Shown here one piece after another: positions 28,032 to 37,818 of a DNA stretch of 64,000 nucleotides (positions within the stretch are counted from its first letter, which is position 1; each line of letters opens with the position of its first letter). The DNA is from a virus. Taxonomy: Duplodnaviria > Heunggongvirae > Uroviricota > Caudoviricetes. Below the pieces are notes generated by a model that had not been told where the DNA came from, made no database searches, and saw only the letters and a program-made list of their open reading frames with translations. The position numbers and the translations under genes are program-made. The stretch covers positions 50,816 through 114,815 of IMG/VR virus record IMGVR_UViG_3300033072_001087; one strand, written 5' to 3'.

Positions 28032-31000
28032 TGAGCATTACAGTCTACGATCACGGATTGATACGGTCTGGCAAGCAGGTTGTTAAGCGTCGTATCTCTA
28101 TACCGACGCGCGAGTCCGTTTTCAGCGCCGTCGTAACCGGCATCGTACGCGATGATGTCAGCAATGCGATTATCGCCATCGAGTATGACACCGCAACCGG
28201 AGATTACGCCGACATTGAACCCGGCATGACATTGGATGTCGGTACGACAGCCGGGGCTTACGATGTTGGCATGGTCAGAATTAGGGGCTTTGCGACTTCC
28301 GATACCATCCTGATTGCGGAAACGGGGTTCTCTCTGCTTCCGGTTGAAGTTGGCGATCATCTGACGGCGCGCATGGAATTTCGGCTGCATCGCGTTTTGC
28401 CGCGCGGGGTAGGGGAGCGCACAGACGGCGCGACCTACACCAACGACTTCACGCTGTACATGGATTATGACGACGCCTACAGCGACCAAAATGACAGTCC
28501 GCCGCCTAAAGCCAACATCACGCGTTCCGCGACCAGTCAACTTGCGCCGAAACCGGCTGGATGGACAGATGACACGGATTATCGGCTTGTCACGGTCAGT
28601 TCGGCGAAAAGCGAAGCCTACAATGGGAAAACCATCACATCGCGGTTATGGGCGATCGGCGACTGCACGCTGGATACCGGCTACGCACTCACCGATACGA
28701 CGGTGGTGTTGAAAGTACCGGCTGGTTTTCGCTACATCAAGCTGGAAGTCACAGACAGCGATGGCAAGACCGGGTTGATGCGTTATCCCTTGTGGGCGCA
28801 TGATGATGCGTATTTGCCGCTGACAAGTTTTTCGGTGGTGAGTGACGACAGCGATACACTTGGCACCACCATGAATTTCGAGTTTTACGGAGAAGACGAC
28901 TCGGTAGACGAGTCGGTGCTGCCGCCCGGAACACTGCTTTGCTATTGGGAAGAGGCAAAATTCTTTAACACAGCGCCGCCAGATTTGTATCGCGACAGCT
29001 ATCTTGGCTGGGTGAATCGCGTCGCCACGACGCTTAAAATCGGAAAGCGCAGCACGCATCGCGTCGAAACCGCTGGTGTGGGCTGGTGGCTGAATGCGAT
29101 GGGCGGATCTTCGCTCTACATCTACGATCCGGGCGAAACACCGGACAAGTGGTATGAGATGCAGACCATTACCTGTGATAAAGTGGCCTATTTCATTCTG
29201 AAATGGTTTTCAAACGCGCTGGAGCTGTGCAATTTCTACGGCGGCTCAAACACCTATCGGAGCAAGGGCGAAGAAATCAGCATGGGAACCGTCTGGCAGC
29301 AACTTAATTACATGCTGGACGGCTATAAGGGAATTGCGGTGCCGGACTCTCTGAACGGCATTTGGGTCACGCGGCAGTATATGTACAAAAACGACGTTGA
29401 GCGCGGCATAACTGATGATGCCGCCAGCATGACGAGTGCCGATCTGGAAGGCGACACCGGCTTCGTTTGGGCGCAGAATTTTGTTCAGACGGTACAGGCA
29501 ATTGGCGGCGGATCGACCTACGACGGAACAACGCAGATGCTTTTTGCCAGCGCCGCGCCGTTAGCGCCGGGTTATGGCGCGTCGATTGATAATTCGCTTG
29601 CTGTGCGCTTGAATACGAGCGATCCGCAGTTGGAATTGAATGAGCTTACGGGACAACGCCGTGCTGAACTGGACAATCCAAATCGCGATCTCACCATCGA
29701 TACACTCTTGAACTTCGACGTGTTCGAGATGGCGTATGGCGAACCGATCGCCTTTACCTATGCGCATCCAAATATCGCCGGATTGTCGATTTTGACAAAA
29801 CTCGTCATCCGCAGCATTTCTCGTTCGCACAGCTCGGATTTCCGCGAACAACCAAAGCGGCTCTCAATCCGCGTCGATGCGGTGCCTGCGTGGACAGTTG
29901 GGGACACAAAGCCGGTTGAGGACGACAGTATTGACGATTGGGGTGGCGGTGGCGGCGATCCGCCGGTAATTGTTTTGCCACCGCCAGTCGATTGGAGCGG
30001 CGATGGGATACCGAGCGGGGCGGTTGTTCTCGCTTATTTCGGCACTGACAATTACGTGTATATCACGCGCAACTATCGCGCCACAAACCCAACGTGGTCG
30101 CGTTATGCCTTATCACTTGATGGGACGTTGATTGCGTTTGTCGTAGACGCGCGTTCGCCGTTGTATATGGGCAGCGGCACAGCAGTTCATGGCTGGATCG
30201 CTACAACGACTAAGATTTACAAGATCGAAGACATCTTCGGCGCGCGGACGCTGACGGCTTCCTTTACGTTCCGTTCCACTTCCAGTCTGCGCAGTATGGA
30301 TTTCTCGTATGGCGCAGCCAATCGCGGGCTTGTCGTAACAAATTACAACGACGGAGTCTACGAGACGCATACCAGTGATGGTAGTTCGTGGAGCAGCGAA
30401 GCATTAATCAGCGGGCATTTAGGAAACTCGAAAACGCTAGTGGCAACAGGCGGCGCACTTGGAATTGCGGTCAATCCATGCGGAACGGTCTTGTCGTATG
30501 AAGGAAGTGGGGAGTGGGTAGTTCAAGGAGAAAGCAACGGTGGCGGTTATTACAGTTTTGTTGGCGCATTAAGCGATAGTTCTTGTTTCGATTTTCAAAC
30601 GAGGGCGTGGAGTATTCCATTTGGTTTTGGAGGAGGGCATAGCTACATTAATTGCAGCGGGACACCAGTCGGTTCCGGCTCTTTTCATAACAACACATCA
30701 TTTGGTTTTATTACCAGCGGATTAATGTTCAGAATCGATTGGAACGCCTATTATCCGCCAACATTCCGAGTGCGAGTTGACGGATGGGTGGACGACGATG
30801 GCAGCGCGTATCAACCCGGCGCATTTTTGGGAAGCTCGCTTGTCGGGCTTGCCTATACGACTGCGAAAAACTCCACTGTGCAGGGCGGATACAAAGACGC
30901 ATCGGCATATGGCGCATCTTTTTCGCTTGATAGTACGGCGTGGGGGCATGGTGGTCATGCGGCAGGTGATATTTATGCAGGGTATGGTGGGGAAACGACC

Positions 31001-31435
31001 CTGTTTTATGGAGCGACTGTAAGTGGCGAAAGACGCCTGTATCGACGCAGATCGGGGATTGACTCGGACGTAAGTCCATCTTACGGTGGCACGAAATACG
31101 GACCGTGGCAATCGCGCCACCAAATCTATGTTTATCCACTTAATTCAAGCATCGTCATCTGCGTTGGCGGCAATGCCGATCAAAGCCTGTGCGGAGTCTG
31201 GGTGTCTCGAAATGAGGGTGCGACTTGGACAAACATCGTCACGCCTTCTAGTAGTAGTGACAGAATTGAACGCGCCGCATTTTCAGGTGACGATCCCGAT
31301 GTCATCTACCTGTATGGCAAAACGGGAAAGAATTATATTTCCACCGATTTTGGTGTAACATTGAAAGAGCGCACGGGGAATATTGCGCAAATGGCAAGCG
31401 TCGGAACTTTCGTCAATCTGTGCGGCGGTGCGTGA
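28031..31435 (+). CDS. Large tail/baseplate protein with BNR/Asp-box repeats (putative host-specificity protein).
   Basis: 1134 aa. Asp-box-like SRNEGATWTNI and SDGSSWSSE. Confidence 0.5.
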   Translation: MSITVYDHGLIRSGKQVVKRRISIPTRESVFSAVVTGIVRDDVSNAIIAIEYDTATGDYADIEPGMTLDVGTTAGAYDVGMVRIRGFATSDTILIAETGFSLLPVEVGDHLTARMEFRLHRVLPRGVGERTDGATYTNDFTLYMDYDDAYSDQNDSPPPKANITRSATSQLAPKPAGWTDDTDYRLVTVSSAKSEAYNGKTITSRLWAIGDCTLDTGYALTDTTVVLKVPAGFRYIKLEVTDSDGKTGLMRYPLWAHDDAYLPLTSFSVVSDDSDTLGTTMNFEFYGEDDSVDESVLPPGTLLCYWEEAKFFNTAPPDLYRDSYLGWVNRVATTLKIGKRSTHRVETAGVGWWLNAMGGSSLYIYDPGETPDKWYEMQTITCDKVAYFILKWFSNALELCNFYGGSNTYRSKGEEISMGTVWQQLNYMLDGYKGIAVPDSLNGIWVTRQYMYKNDVERGITDDAASMTSADLEGDTGFVWAQNFVQTVQAIGGGSTYDGTTQMLFASAAPLAPGYGASIDNSLAVRLNTSDPQLELNELTGQRRAELDNPNRDLTIDTLLNFDVFEMAYGEPIAFTYAHPNIAGLSILTKLVIRSISRSHSSDFREQPKRLSIRVDAVPAWTVGDTKPVEDDSIDDWGGGGGDPPVIVLPPPVDWSGDGIPSGAVVLAYFGTDNYVYITRNYRATNPTWSRYALSLDGTLIAFVVDARSPLYMGSGTAVHGWIATTTKIYKIEDIFGARTLTASFTFRSTSSLRSMDFSYGAANRGLVVTNYNDGVYETHTSDGSSWSSEALISGHLGNSKTLVATGGALGIAVNPCGTVLSYEGSGEWVVQGESNGGGYYSFVGALSDSSCFDFQTRAWSIPFGFGGGHSYINCSGTPVGSGSFHNNTSFGFITSGLMFRIDWNAYYPPTFRVRVDGWVDDDGSAYQPGAFLGSSLVGLAYTTAKNSTVQGGYKDASAYGASFSLDSTAWGHGGHAAGDIYAGYGGETTLFYGATVSGERRLYRRRSGIDSDVSPSYGGTKYGPWQSRHQIYVYPLNSSIVICVGGNADQSLCGVWVSRNEGATWTNIVTPSSSSDRIERAAFSGDDPDVIYLYGKTGKNYISTDFGVTLKERTGNIAQMASVGTFVNLCGGA

Positions 31436-32778
31436 TGAACGGGATTAAGCGTCGGTTTAGAGATAATGTAGCCTCCATTGTTAGTGGGCAAATCAAGCCC
31501 GATCCTTCAGGGATCGCACAATTGGGTTACACGATACGCGGCAAATATATGGTGGTAGACGACACCGACTCACGCTATATGTTTGCTCGGTTTATCGACG
31601 GCGGATTTGTGCGCGCGCGTCATGAGGGATTGATCGTCCCCAAGCCGGACAAGTATGTGCGCGTGGTCACAACCAATAGCATTACTTACTTAAAGCCGCT
31701 GACGAAAGAAGAGGAATTCTATTACGAAGGCGGCAACTCAACAACCGCGCAGGTCGGGATTCATTCACACAAACGCGGAACGCCTTACGAATTTGAGATC
31801 GACCCGTATTTGTTGGGCAACGGGCGAACTACGGTCTATGAAGATCTGAAGGTCAAAACGACACAAGCATGGTTTTGGGACAACGGCGCGTTCGATGGCA
31901 TGACAGAAGTTATCACCGATTTGTCCGTCTCGTTGCCCGGAGCCGCAAGTACGTGGTATTACGTGACACTTTCGATAGACCCCGCAACCAACGCGATTGA
32001 GATTGAAGAAGGCACAGAAAAATCGATTGCTATACCATTGCTTATGTCGGATATTCCCGTGCCAGATGCGGAAAACATTTGCTTATGTGCCATCAAATTG
32101 CGTTACGGCCAAACCGAGATTTACCCCGCTGACATTATTGACTTGCGCGGATCGCTGATTTCGCAAGCCATCGCGACGCTGCAGATCGGTGAAATGACCG
32201 GCGCGACATCTGGATATGACGGGGAAAGCGGCTTAGTGCCGCAGCCAGTAGCAGGGGAACAGGACAAGGCGCTGCTTGGCGATGGCACATTCGCATTTCG
32301 CCATCTGACATCTACGGCTTCAGAAACGCTCACCATTGCGTCTGGCGTGGTCACAGGTACTAGCACAGCCTCATACTTCAAAATAGCGGCTGAAAGCGGC
32401 ACGGCGGGCGATCTAGATACATTGACATTGACGGGTGCGCCGCGTCTAATCGTGCTGCAAGCGGATACAGGCGACACCATTACAGTCAAGCACAGCACGG
32501 ACAACATCGAACTGAACGGCGCTGTGGATTTTGAATTGAGCGGCGACAAGACGCTTGCGCTGTTCTGGGACGGCACGAATTTAGCGGATGTCGGCGCTGG
32601 TGGCGGTGGAGCAGGTGGCAGTTTCGCAACACTCTCTGATGTTGACGTATCAACACCGCCGACCGATGGGCAGGTGCCGGTTTGGGATGATGGCGACTCA
32701 AAATGGAAACCCGGAACAGTTTCCGGTGGCGATGAAAGCACAGCCGAAAAAGTATACGCGTATACCGTGTTTAGATAG
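31420..32778 (+). CDS. Tail fibre protein.
   Basis: 452 aa. Gly-rich C-terminal region GAGGGGAGGSFATLSDVDVSTP and a beta-rich repeat-like middle. Confidence 0.5.
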   Translation: MRRCVMNGIKRRFRDNVASIVSGQIKPDPSGIAQLGYTIRGKYMVVDDTDSRYMFARFIDGGFVRARHEGLIVPKPDKYVRVVTTNSITYLKPLTKEEEFYYEGGNSTTAQVGIHSHKRGTPYEFEIDPYLLGNGRTTVYEDLKVKTTQAWFWDNGAFDGMTEVITDLSVSLPGAASTWYYVTLSIDPATNAIEIEEGTEKSIAIPLLMSDIPVPDAENICLCAIKLRYGQTEIYPADIIDLRGSLISQAIATLQIGEMTGATSGYDGESGLVPQPVAGEQDKALLGDGTFAFRHLTSTASETLTIASGVVTGTSTASYFKIAAESGTAGDLDTLTLTGAPRLIVLQADTGDTITVKHSTDNIELNGAVDFELSGDKTLALFWDGTNLADVGAGGGGAGGSFATLSDVDVSTPPTDGQVPVWDDGDSKWKPGTVSGGDESTAEKVYAYTVFR

Positions 32779-32787
32779 GAGCTACAA

Positions 32788-33180
32788 ATGGCAGCAAGTC
32801 CAGAATTCGCAACCAATCCGGTTGTCGGAATGGCGCAGGTATCCACCGCCAATACGAACCGTGATGGAACGGGAACAGTCGTAGATGTACTGACTGGCGG
32901 CAGTAATGGGACGCTGATCAACAAGGTCAGAATTCAAGCGGTGGGAACGACGACCGCTGGCGTAATTCGTTTGTACCTGTATGATGGAACAAACACGCGA
33001 CTGATGAAAGAAATTCTTGTGACTGCGAAAACACCAAGCACGACAGTGGAAGCGTGGTCTACAACAGTCATGTTCAGCGGATATGACTTGCTTGTTTTGC
33101 CGAGCGCCTCGTGGGTCTTGAAGGCTTCTACCCACAACGCGGAAACCTTTAATATCTTCGCGGTAGGGGCTGAGCTGTGA
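32788..33180 (+). CDS. Hypothetical tail-fibre-associated protein.
   Basis: Position. Gly/Thr-rich. Confidence 0.3.
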   Translation: MAASPEFATNPVVGMAQVSTANTNRDGTGTVVDVLTGGSNGTLINKVRIQAVGTTTAGVIRLYLYDGTNTRLMKEILVTAKTPSTTVEAWSTTVMFSGYDLLVLPSASWVLKASTHNAETFNIFAVGAEL

Positions 33181-33602
33181 ACGGCGGGGTGATGGGATTT
33201 CCGAGCGGATTGGGGGGCGATATTCCAATCTCGTTCATGGCGCTCTTTTCAGGCACGCCAAACCTAAGCGCTTCAGTTCAACGGATGAACTTTCAAACCG
33301 TCATTCACGACGTTTACGGCGTCTATGACGCCGCGAATTCGCGTTTCAATGTGACACTGAGTGGTGTGTACTACATTTTCTTTAACGTCGCATCGAACAG
33401 CGGACCGGGAAAATACATTCGCTTTTATATCAATGGCGTTGATATTTTCCCAGCCATGATTGCTTTCGGCACGGTGGGAAATTTCAATCTCGGCATTTTA
33501 CACTATCTCCAAGCAGGGGATTACGTAGAGGTTTGGGGCGCTGCTGACAGCAACGCAGCAATGATCGGTTGGGGTAATTTTGGCGCGTTTATGGTGAGGT
33601 AG
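33177..33602 (+). CDS. C1q/TNF-like domain protein (putative receptor-binding tip).
   Basis: FSGT...FNVTLSGVYYIFFNVAS...YIRFYINGV...LQAGDYVEVW follows the C1q jelly-roll consensus (F.A.....G.Y.F.........L..GD.V.v). Confidence 0.45.
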   Translation: MNGGVMGFPSGLGGDIPISFMALFSGTPNLSASVQRMNFQTVIHDVYGVYDAANSRFNVTLSGVYYIFFNVASNSGPGKYIRFYINGVDIFPAMIAFGTVGNFNLGILHYLQAGDYVEVWGAADSNAAMIGWGNFGAFMVR

Positions 33603-33608
33603 CTATCT

Positions 33609-34538
33609 ATGACAGCACGGCGGCAGAACACAATCGCAATATTTTACGCATTGGCGCTCGGCGTCTTCGTCTTGATTCAGTACATCCGAATTTCACTTCC
33701 CGCTTGCACTACCTACTGTGTCGGATTGCACAACGCGATCCTCGATAACACGCTGACAAGCCCATTCGTCTACCGCGTGCTGTCACCCTTCGCGGTGAAT
33801 GTGCTGGTCGGGGGCGCGCGAGATTTCCAGACGGTTTCGATGGGCTATATCATTGCACACGCGATTGTATTCCCCGTGCTGTTTGTGCTGCTCTATCTGT
33901 GGCTACGGCGATGGTTGTCGTTGCCCGCGTCGGTCGCCGGTATCTCGATTGCGGCAGCGCTGTTCAACGTCATGTTGCCATTGTGGGCGGTCGCGCTCTA
34001 CAACGCGGTCGAAGCGGCGCTGTTGTGTGCTGCGCTCCTGCTTATCACGGATCAGCGGCGCTTGCGCTTCGGTTTGTTGTGCGCGATCACGGCACTGGCG
34101 GCACTCAATCGGGAAACATCGGTGCTGATTCCACTGGCATTCGCGGCATATACACTGCCAGTAAACCGGGATCGCCGATCATTGTTGCGATCTGCTGTGC
34201 TGTTAGGTATTTGGGGCGCGATCTTCGTCGGGATACGCATAATTCGAGGCTCCGCGCCGGACGATACTCCCATCGCGGTCGCGTGGAATATGAACACAAA
34301 CGGCGGGTGGTGGACAATCTCAGCGATTGAAAACAACCTGCCATTTATGTTCGTGTGGATTGCGGCGTTGGCATTTTACGGACGCGCTGCACCGGGGCTG
34401 AAAAGGATCGCGCTGGTAGCGCCGGTCTATGCCGGATTATTCCTAGTGTTCGCGCTTTGGAATGAGGTACGGCTCCTCTTGCCGCTACTGATTTTGCTTT
34501 TGCCAATCTCTCTGTTTCCAATCGATCAGAATCGTTAA
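33609..34538 (+). CDS. Polytopic integral membrane protein (about 8-9 TM helices). Possible GT-C-like or O-antigen-modifying enzyme.
   Basis: Hydrophobicity pattern only. Confidence 0.4.
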   Translation: MTARRQNTIAIFYALALGVFVLIQYIRISLPACTTYCVGLHNAILDNTLTSPFVYRVLSPFAVNVLVGGARDFQTVSMGYIIAHAIVFPVLFVLLYLWLRRWLSLPASVAGISIAAALFNVMLPLWAVALYNAVEAALLCAALLLITDQRRLRFGLLCAITALAALNRETSVLIPLAFAAYTLPVNRDRRSLLRSAVLLGIWGAIFVGIRIIRGSAPDDTPIAVAWNMNTNGGWWTISAIENNLPFMFVWIAALAFYGRAAPGLKRIALVAPVYAGLFLVFALWNEVRLLLPLLILLLPISLFPIDQNR

Positions 34539-34623
34539 CACAATAATTGAGATCGCGCAACCCCGATTGCCAATATTTGTGTTATAATCATTGTTGTGAA
34601 TGGGATAACACTGGTGGTCGGGA

Positions 34624-34986
34624 TTGGAAACTAACGGAACGAAGCGCGCGATTGCAACTATCTTTGGGTTGGCGATGGCACTTTTTGGTGCTTACATGCT
34701 CTCCATTCCGGAGTCATTAAAGCTCGGATCGCTGGCGCTGATTGTATCGCTGATCGGCGCGACTGGATATACGCTCATTGCCTTAGTGTTTATGCTGTAC
34801 GGGGTTATCTTAATTTTGCGTCGTCCGGCAAGGACGCCGATGTTCCTTCTTCTTACTACGCCTTATTCGCTTTACATCCTTTTCACAATCTTTGGTACTC
34901 TCCTCAACAATGGGCCGCTGCATGTGGGCTATTGGTTCGGGGCGCTTTACTTCGCGATTTGCATAGCATATTGGATGGCAGATTAA
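34624..34986 (+). CDS. Small 4-TM membrane protein (possible holin).
   Basis: Four hydrophobic segments in 120 aa. Confidence 0.3.
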   Translation: METNGTKRAIATIFGLAMALFGAYMLSIPESLKLGSLALIVSLIGATGYTLIALVFMLYGVILILRRPARTPMFLLLTTPYSLYILFTIFGTLLNNGPLHVGYWFGALYFAICIAYWMAD

Positions 34987-35619
34987 ATGACACCAGATCA
35001 ACTATTGCTTTTACTTTTTACAACGCTCGCCTCAATTATTACCTTCTTTTTGAGCCGCACGCGCAATTCAGCGCGTGCGCAAGAGTTCGTGCAAAAGTAT
35101 GCCGAAGAGAGCGATCGAAAGATCGAGGCGTTAGGGGCGGCGCTTGAAGACCAGCGCAAAGAGAATGTACGTCTGAAGGCGGAAGTCGAACACTTGAAAG
35201 ATGACAAAACGTTATCCGAAGGCATCATTGAGGACTTGCGTAAAGGCAAAGAGTCGCAAGAGGCGCGTATCGTCACACTAGAAAAGCAATTTGTAGATGT
35301 TCAAAACGAACGTGAAATCGAAAAAGCTAACTACAAACGGGACATCGACGCGCTGCGTCAAAAACTGGAAAAAACCGAGCGTGACTTGGCAGTTGTGCAA
35401 TCTGAGCGTAAGCAGCTGGCAACCGAGCGCGATGAACTGCTCAAGCGTGTTTCTGAGATCGAAACATTGGCGGAACGGCGCGCGGTCGAATTGGACGACA
35501 TGAAAAAGCGCCTTGAGACCGAACGCGTTGTGTTCAAAGAGTTCATTGAGCCGACCATCAATGACCTCTTTAAAACCATGAAAGACGCCGTAAATTCGGC
35601 AGTTAGGAATGAGGAATGA
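34987..35619 (+). CDS. N-terminal TM plus coiled-coil protein.
   Basis: TM segment followed by a long heptad coiled coil. Confidence 0.3.
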   Translation: MTPDQLLLLLFTTLASIITFFLSRTRNSARAQEFVQKYAEESDRKIEALGAALEDQRKENVRLKAEVEHLKDDKTLSEGIIEDLRKGKESQEARIVTLEKQFVDVQNEREIEKANYKRDIDALRQKLEKTERDLAVVQSERKQLATERDELLKRVSEIETLAERRAVELDDMKKRLETERVVFKEFIEPTINDLFKTMKDAVNSAVRNEE

Positions 35620-35963
35620 ATACCGAAACCCTGCTCATCATCATCACGATCGTCGTCGTTGGCGCGATCTTGGCGTATCTCCAGCGCAAGGCGCTGACGG
35701 ATGCGATTATCGAAATTGTCGAGAATCAGGACTTGGTGTCGAACATCGAGACCGTTGTCGAACAACAGCCGCAGGCAACACAAGATTTGGTCGCCGTCCT
35801 TCAACGTCAGCTTACCTTGATCGAAGGACTGGTTCGCGGTGCAGGCTTAATCGATACTCCTATTGGACGCGTCATTGATAAGATTGAGGACTCGGCACGC
35901 GAAATTACGGACGCCAATGGAGCCGAAAAGCCAAAAGAAGATCCTGAGACTCCGGCTGGTTAG
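35616..35963 (+). CDS. N-terminal TM plus helical protein.
   Basis: LLIIITIVVVGAILAYL TM segment, then helical. Confidence 0.3.
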   Translation: MNTETLLIIITIVVVGAILAYLQRKALTDAIIEIVENQDLVSNIETVVEQQPQATQDLVAVLQRQLTLIEGLVRGAGLIDTPIGRVIDKIEDSAREITDANGAEKPKEDPETPAG

Positions 35964-35974
35964 TATCTAGACAC

Positions 35975-35998
35975 AACAAGGGGCATACGCCCCTTGTT
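35975..35998. terminator. Strong stem-loop (10-bp stem aacaaggggc/gccccttgtt, 4-nt loop) at the end of the plus-strand late block.
   Basis: Perfect inverted repeat. No T-tract, so terminator status is uncertain. Confidence 0.45.
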
Positions 35999-36010
35999 AC
36001 TGGAAAGAAC

Positions 36011-37078
36011 ATGCCACCAACACGCGAAATCTACAAAGAATATACCCGCTTGCTCGAAGAACTGTCACTCTCGAAAAGGAGCGCGGCGCGCATGATAGCG
36101 GACAAGTACGGACTATCGCTCGATCCAACGCGGCGTCGGCTGCATCAATATGATGTGCGGCTTAAAGACGATCTCAGTAAATGGAAAGACGCGCTTTCAG
36201 ACCTTCGTCGGCAGAACCATTTTGTTGTCGGTCACGCCAGCGATATTCACGCCCCATTTCACGACCAACAAGCCCTCAACCTGTCTTATCAGACCACACA
36301 TCATCTACAACCCAATATCGTTGTCGTCGGCTCTGACTTCGCCGATTTTCCAACGATCAGCGCCTACGCGCCCGACCCGGACTTGGGCAACGAAGATATT
36401 CTCGAAACCATCCAACAGGCTTGGTGGCGGCACATTGACGACATTCGTAAAGCCGCGCCGAACGCGGTACTCGTCTGGATACGCGGGAACCACGAAGAAC
36501 GGCTTTGGCGTTTCATCAATGAAAGCGCACCGCAAATTCGTAATACGACGCGCGACGCCTTTATCAACCTCATCCGCTATCAAGGGAATGTCCTCTATCT
36601 AGGCGACATACCGGAAATCGAGATCGGCCCACTGACGGTGCTGCATGGCGACAACACTTGCATCGGCGACATGGCGGCGCGCAAGCTGCTGACGCATCGC
36701 CGTTTTCAAGGATTCTATATGTTCGGGCATAATCACAAGATTACCGAATACACCACGCAGGGCAATAATCGGTTGTCTGGCGCAGCGGGCGGCGGGCATC
36801 TTGGGCAGCGCATCCCGCATTACCAGCGCAACTCAAAATTCAATCACTGGATTCAAGGCACTTGCTACGGAATCGTAGATTGGAAAGCCGATTACGTGGC
36901 ATTTGAAAATCTCAAGTTTCAAGTGGATAATAAAGGCACGCTGCACACAAGCATCGGCAGCACTCACTTTACGGAGAGGAAATGTACATCTTCGCGCCAA
37001 ACTACCCAATGGCACAACGTTATGCAGAACTCCATCGAATCAAGTCCTTCGTCTACGTCACAGATGAATGCCAAGTAA
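36011..37078 (+). CDS. Metallophosphoesterase (calcineurin-like phosphatase) with N-terminal HTH-like segment.
   Basis: VVGHASDIHAPFHD (DxH), VVVVGSDFADF (GD), WIRGNHEE (GNH[DE]), FMFGHNH. Confidence 0.7.
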   Translation: MPPTREIYKEYTRLLEELSLSKRSAARMIADKYGLSLDPTRRRLHQYDVRLKDDLSKWKDALSDLRRQNHFVVGHASDIHAPFHDQQALNLSYQTTHHLQPNIVVVGSDFADFPTISAYAPDPDLGNEDILETIQQAWWRHIDDIRKAAPNAVLVWIRGNHEERLWRFINESAPQIRNTTRDAFINLIRYQGNVLYLGDIPEIEIGPLTVLHGDNTCIGDMAARKLLTHRRFQGFYMFGHNHKITEYTTQGNNRLSGAAGGGHLGQRIPHYQRNSKFNHWIQGTCYGIVDWKADYVAFENLKFQVDNKGTLHTSIGSTHFTERKCTSSRQTTQWHNVMQNSIESSPSSTSQMNAK

Positions 37079-37215
37079 CCAATGGCGACAAAATCCTCGC
37101 CATTGTCAAGGACAATCGTGGTGGTATTCCGCTCCCAAAACCCAAAGCCGAACTCCTCAAACGCCTTGAAAGCGCCTACCGACACCGCGTCGAGTATGTC
37201 GAACAATCGCAGTGA
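36982..37215 (+). CDS. Hypothetical small protein.
   Basis: 77-aa ORF overlapping the 3' end of the phosphoesterase gene. Weak support. Confidence 0.2.
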   Translation: MYIFAPNYPMAQRYAELHRIKSFVYVTDECQVTNGDKILAIVKDNRGGIPLPKPKAELLKRLESAYRHRVEYVEQSQ

Positions 37216-37225
37216 ACAATTGTTC
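37214..37225. promoter_or_regulatory. Cheo-box-like palindrome GAACAATTGTTC (GAAC-N4-GTTC), a candidate LexA/SOS operator.
   Basis: Perfect 12-bp palindrome matching the Gram-positive-type LexA box core, about 90 bp upstream of the ATG at 37312. Confidence 0.45.
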
Positions 37226-37265
37226 GCATTCTTTGGGCTTTACTATCTAAAAATCTTGTGCTAAA

Positions 37266-37300
37266 ATTACTGTACATTAGTAAGTCTAATGTACAGTAAT
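37266..37300. promoter_or_regulatory. Perfect inverted repeat with 15-bp arms and a 5-nt spacer (attactgtacattag taagt ctaatgtacagtaat), an operator-like site adjacent to the RBS.
   Basis: Read directly. Ends 5 nt before the aggag RBS of the ORF starting at 37312. Confidence 0.6.
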
Positions 37301-37311
37301 TAGGAGCTGTC

Positions 37312-37815
37312 ATGATTTCAACCAAAGACCTGAACAACTATAATCTAATCGGCGTATTTTCCGTCCGCGATCTGGCGACGATGTTCAATCCGCCAACCGG
37401 CACATATGTATATTTTAAGCGGTCTGATTTGGTTTGCTGTGGATTCGACGCGATCGTTATCGAAAGAGTCCTGCGCGAGAAGATGCACACAAAAGCCGCA
37501 TATGGGCTGGTATTTACCAACGAGGATCGAAAGGATCTACTTCTCGTAGACGGAAACGATATGATTTTCGCTTATGAGCCAAGAATGGCTGTTGAGTCAA
37601 CGAGCGGCTTGACGGAAGACGAACGCGCGGTACTCGACAACCTCGTCGCGGCTTGGGACGCGCACGCAAAACTGCCGGTGCAGCACCCGACGCACATGAA
37701 TGAATTTATGCAAGCCATTCACGCCGCACAACGGATTGTCATGTCGCGTCCAGTGGCACGCGCCGAAGGCTGGATAAAAGAAACCGCAAATACTCGTATC
37801 AATCTACCGGAGTAA
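37312..37815 (+). CDS. Hypothetical protein.
   Basis: 167-aa ORF with a good RBS (taggag). Confidence 0.4.
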   Translation: MISTKDLNNYNLIGVFSVRDLATMFNPPTGTYVYFKRSDLVCCGFDAIVIERVLREKMHTKAAYGLVFTNEDRKDLLLVDGNDMIFAYEPRMAVESTSGLTEDERAVLDNLVAAWDAHAKLPVQHPTHMNEFMQAIHAAQRIVMSRPVARAEGWIKETANTRINLPE

Positions 37816-37818
37816 GCA

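Noticed and set aside
32121-32924. 267-aa minus-strand ORF
   Set aside because: Antisense to the tail-fibre gene. Pro/Ser-rich shadow ORF.
37266-37300. Classical E. coli-type LexA box (CTGT-N8-ACAG)
   Set aside because: CTGT and ACAG are present but separated by 19 nt, not 8. Treated as a generic operator palindrome instead.
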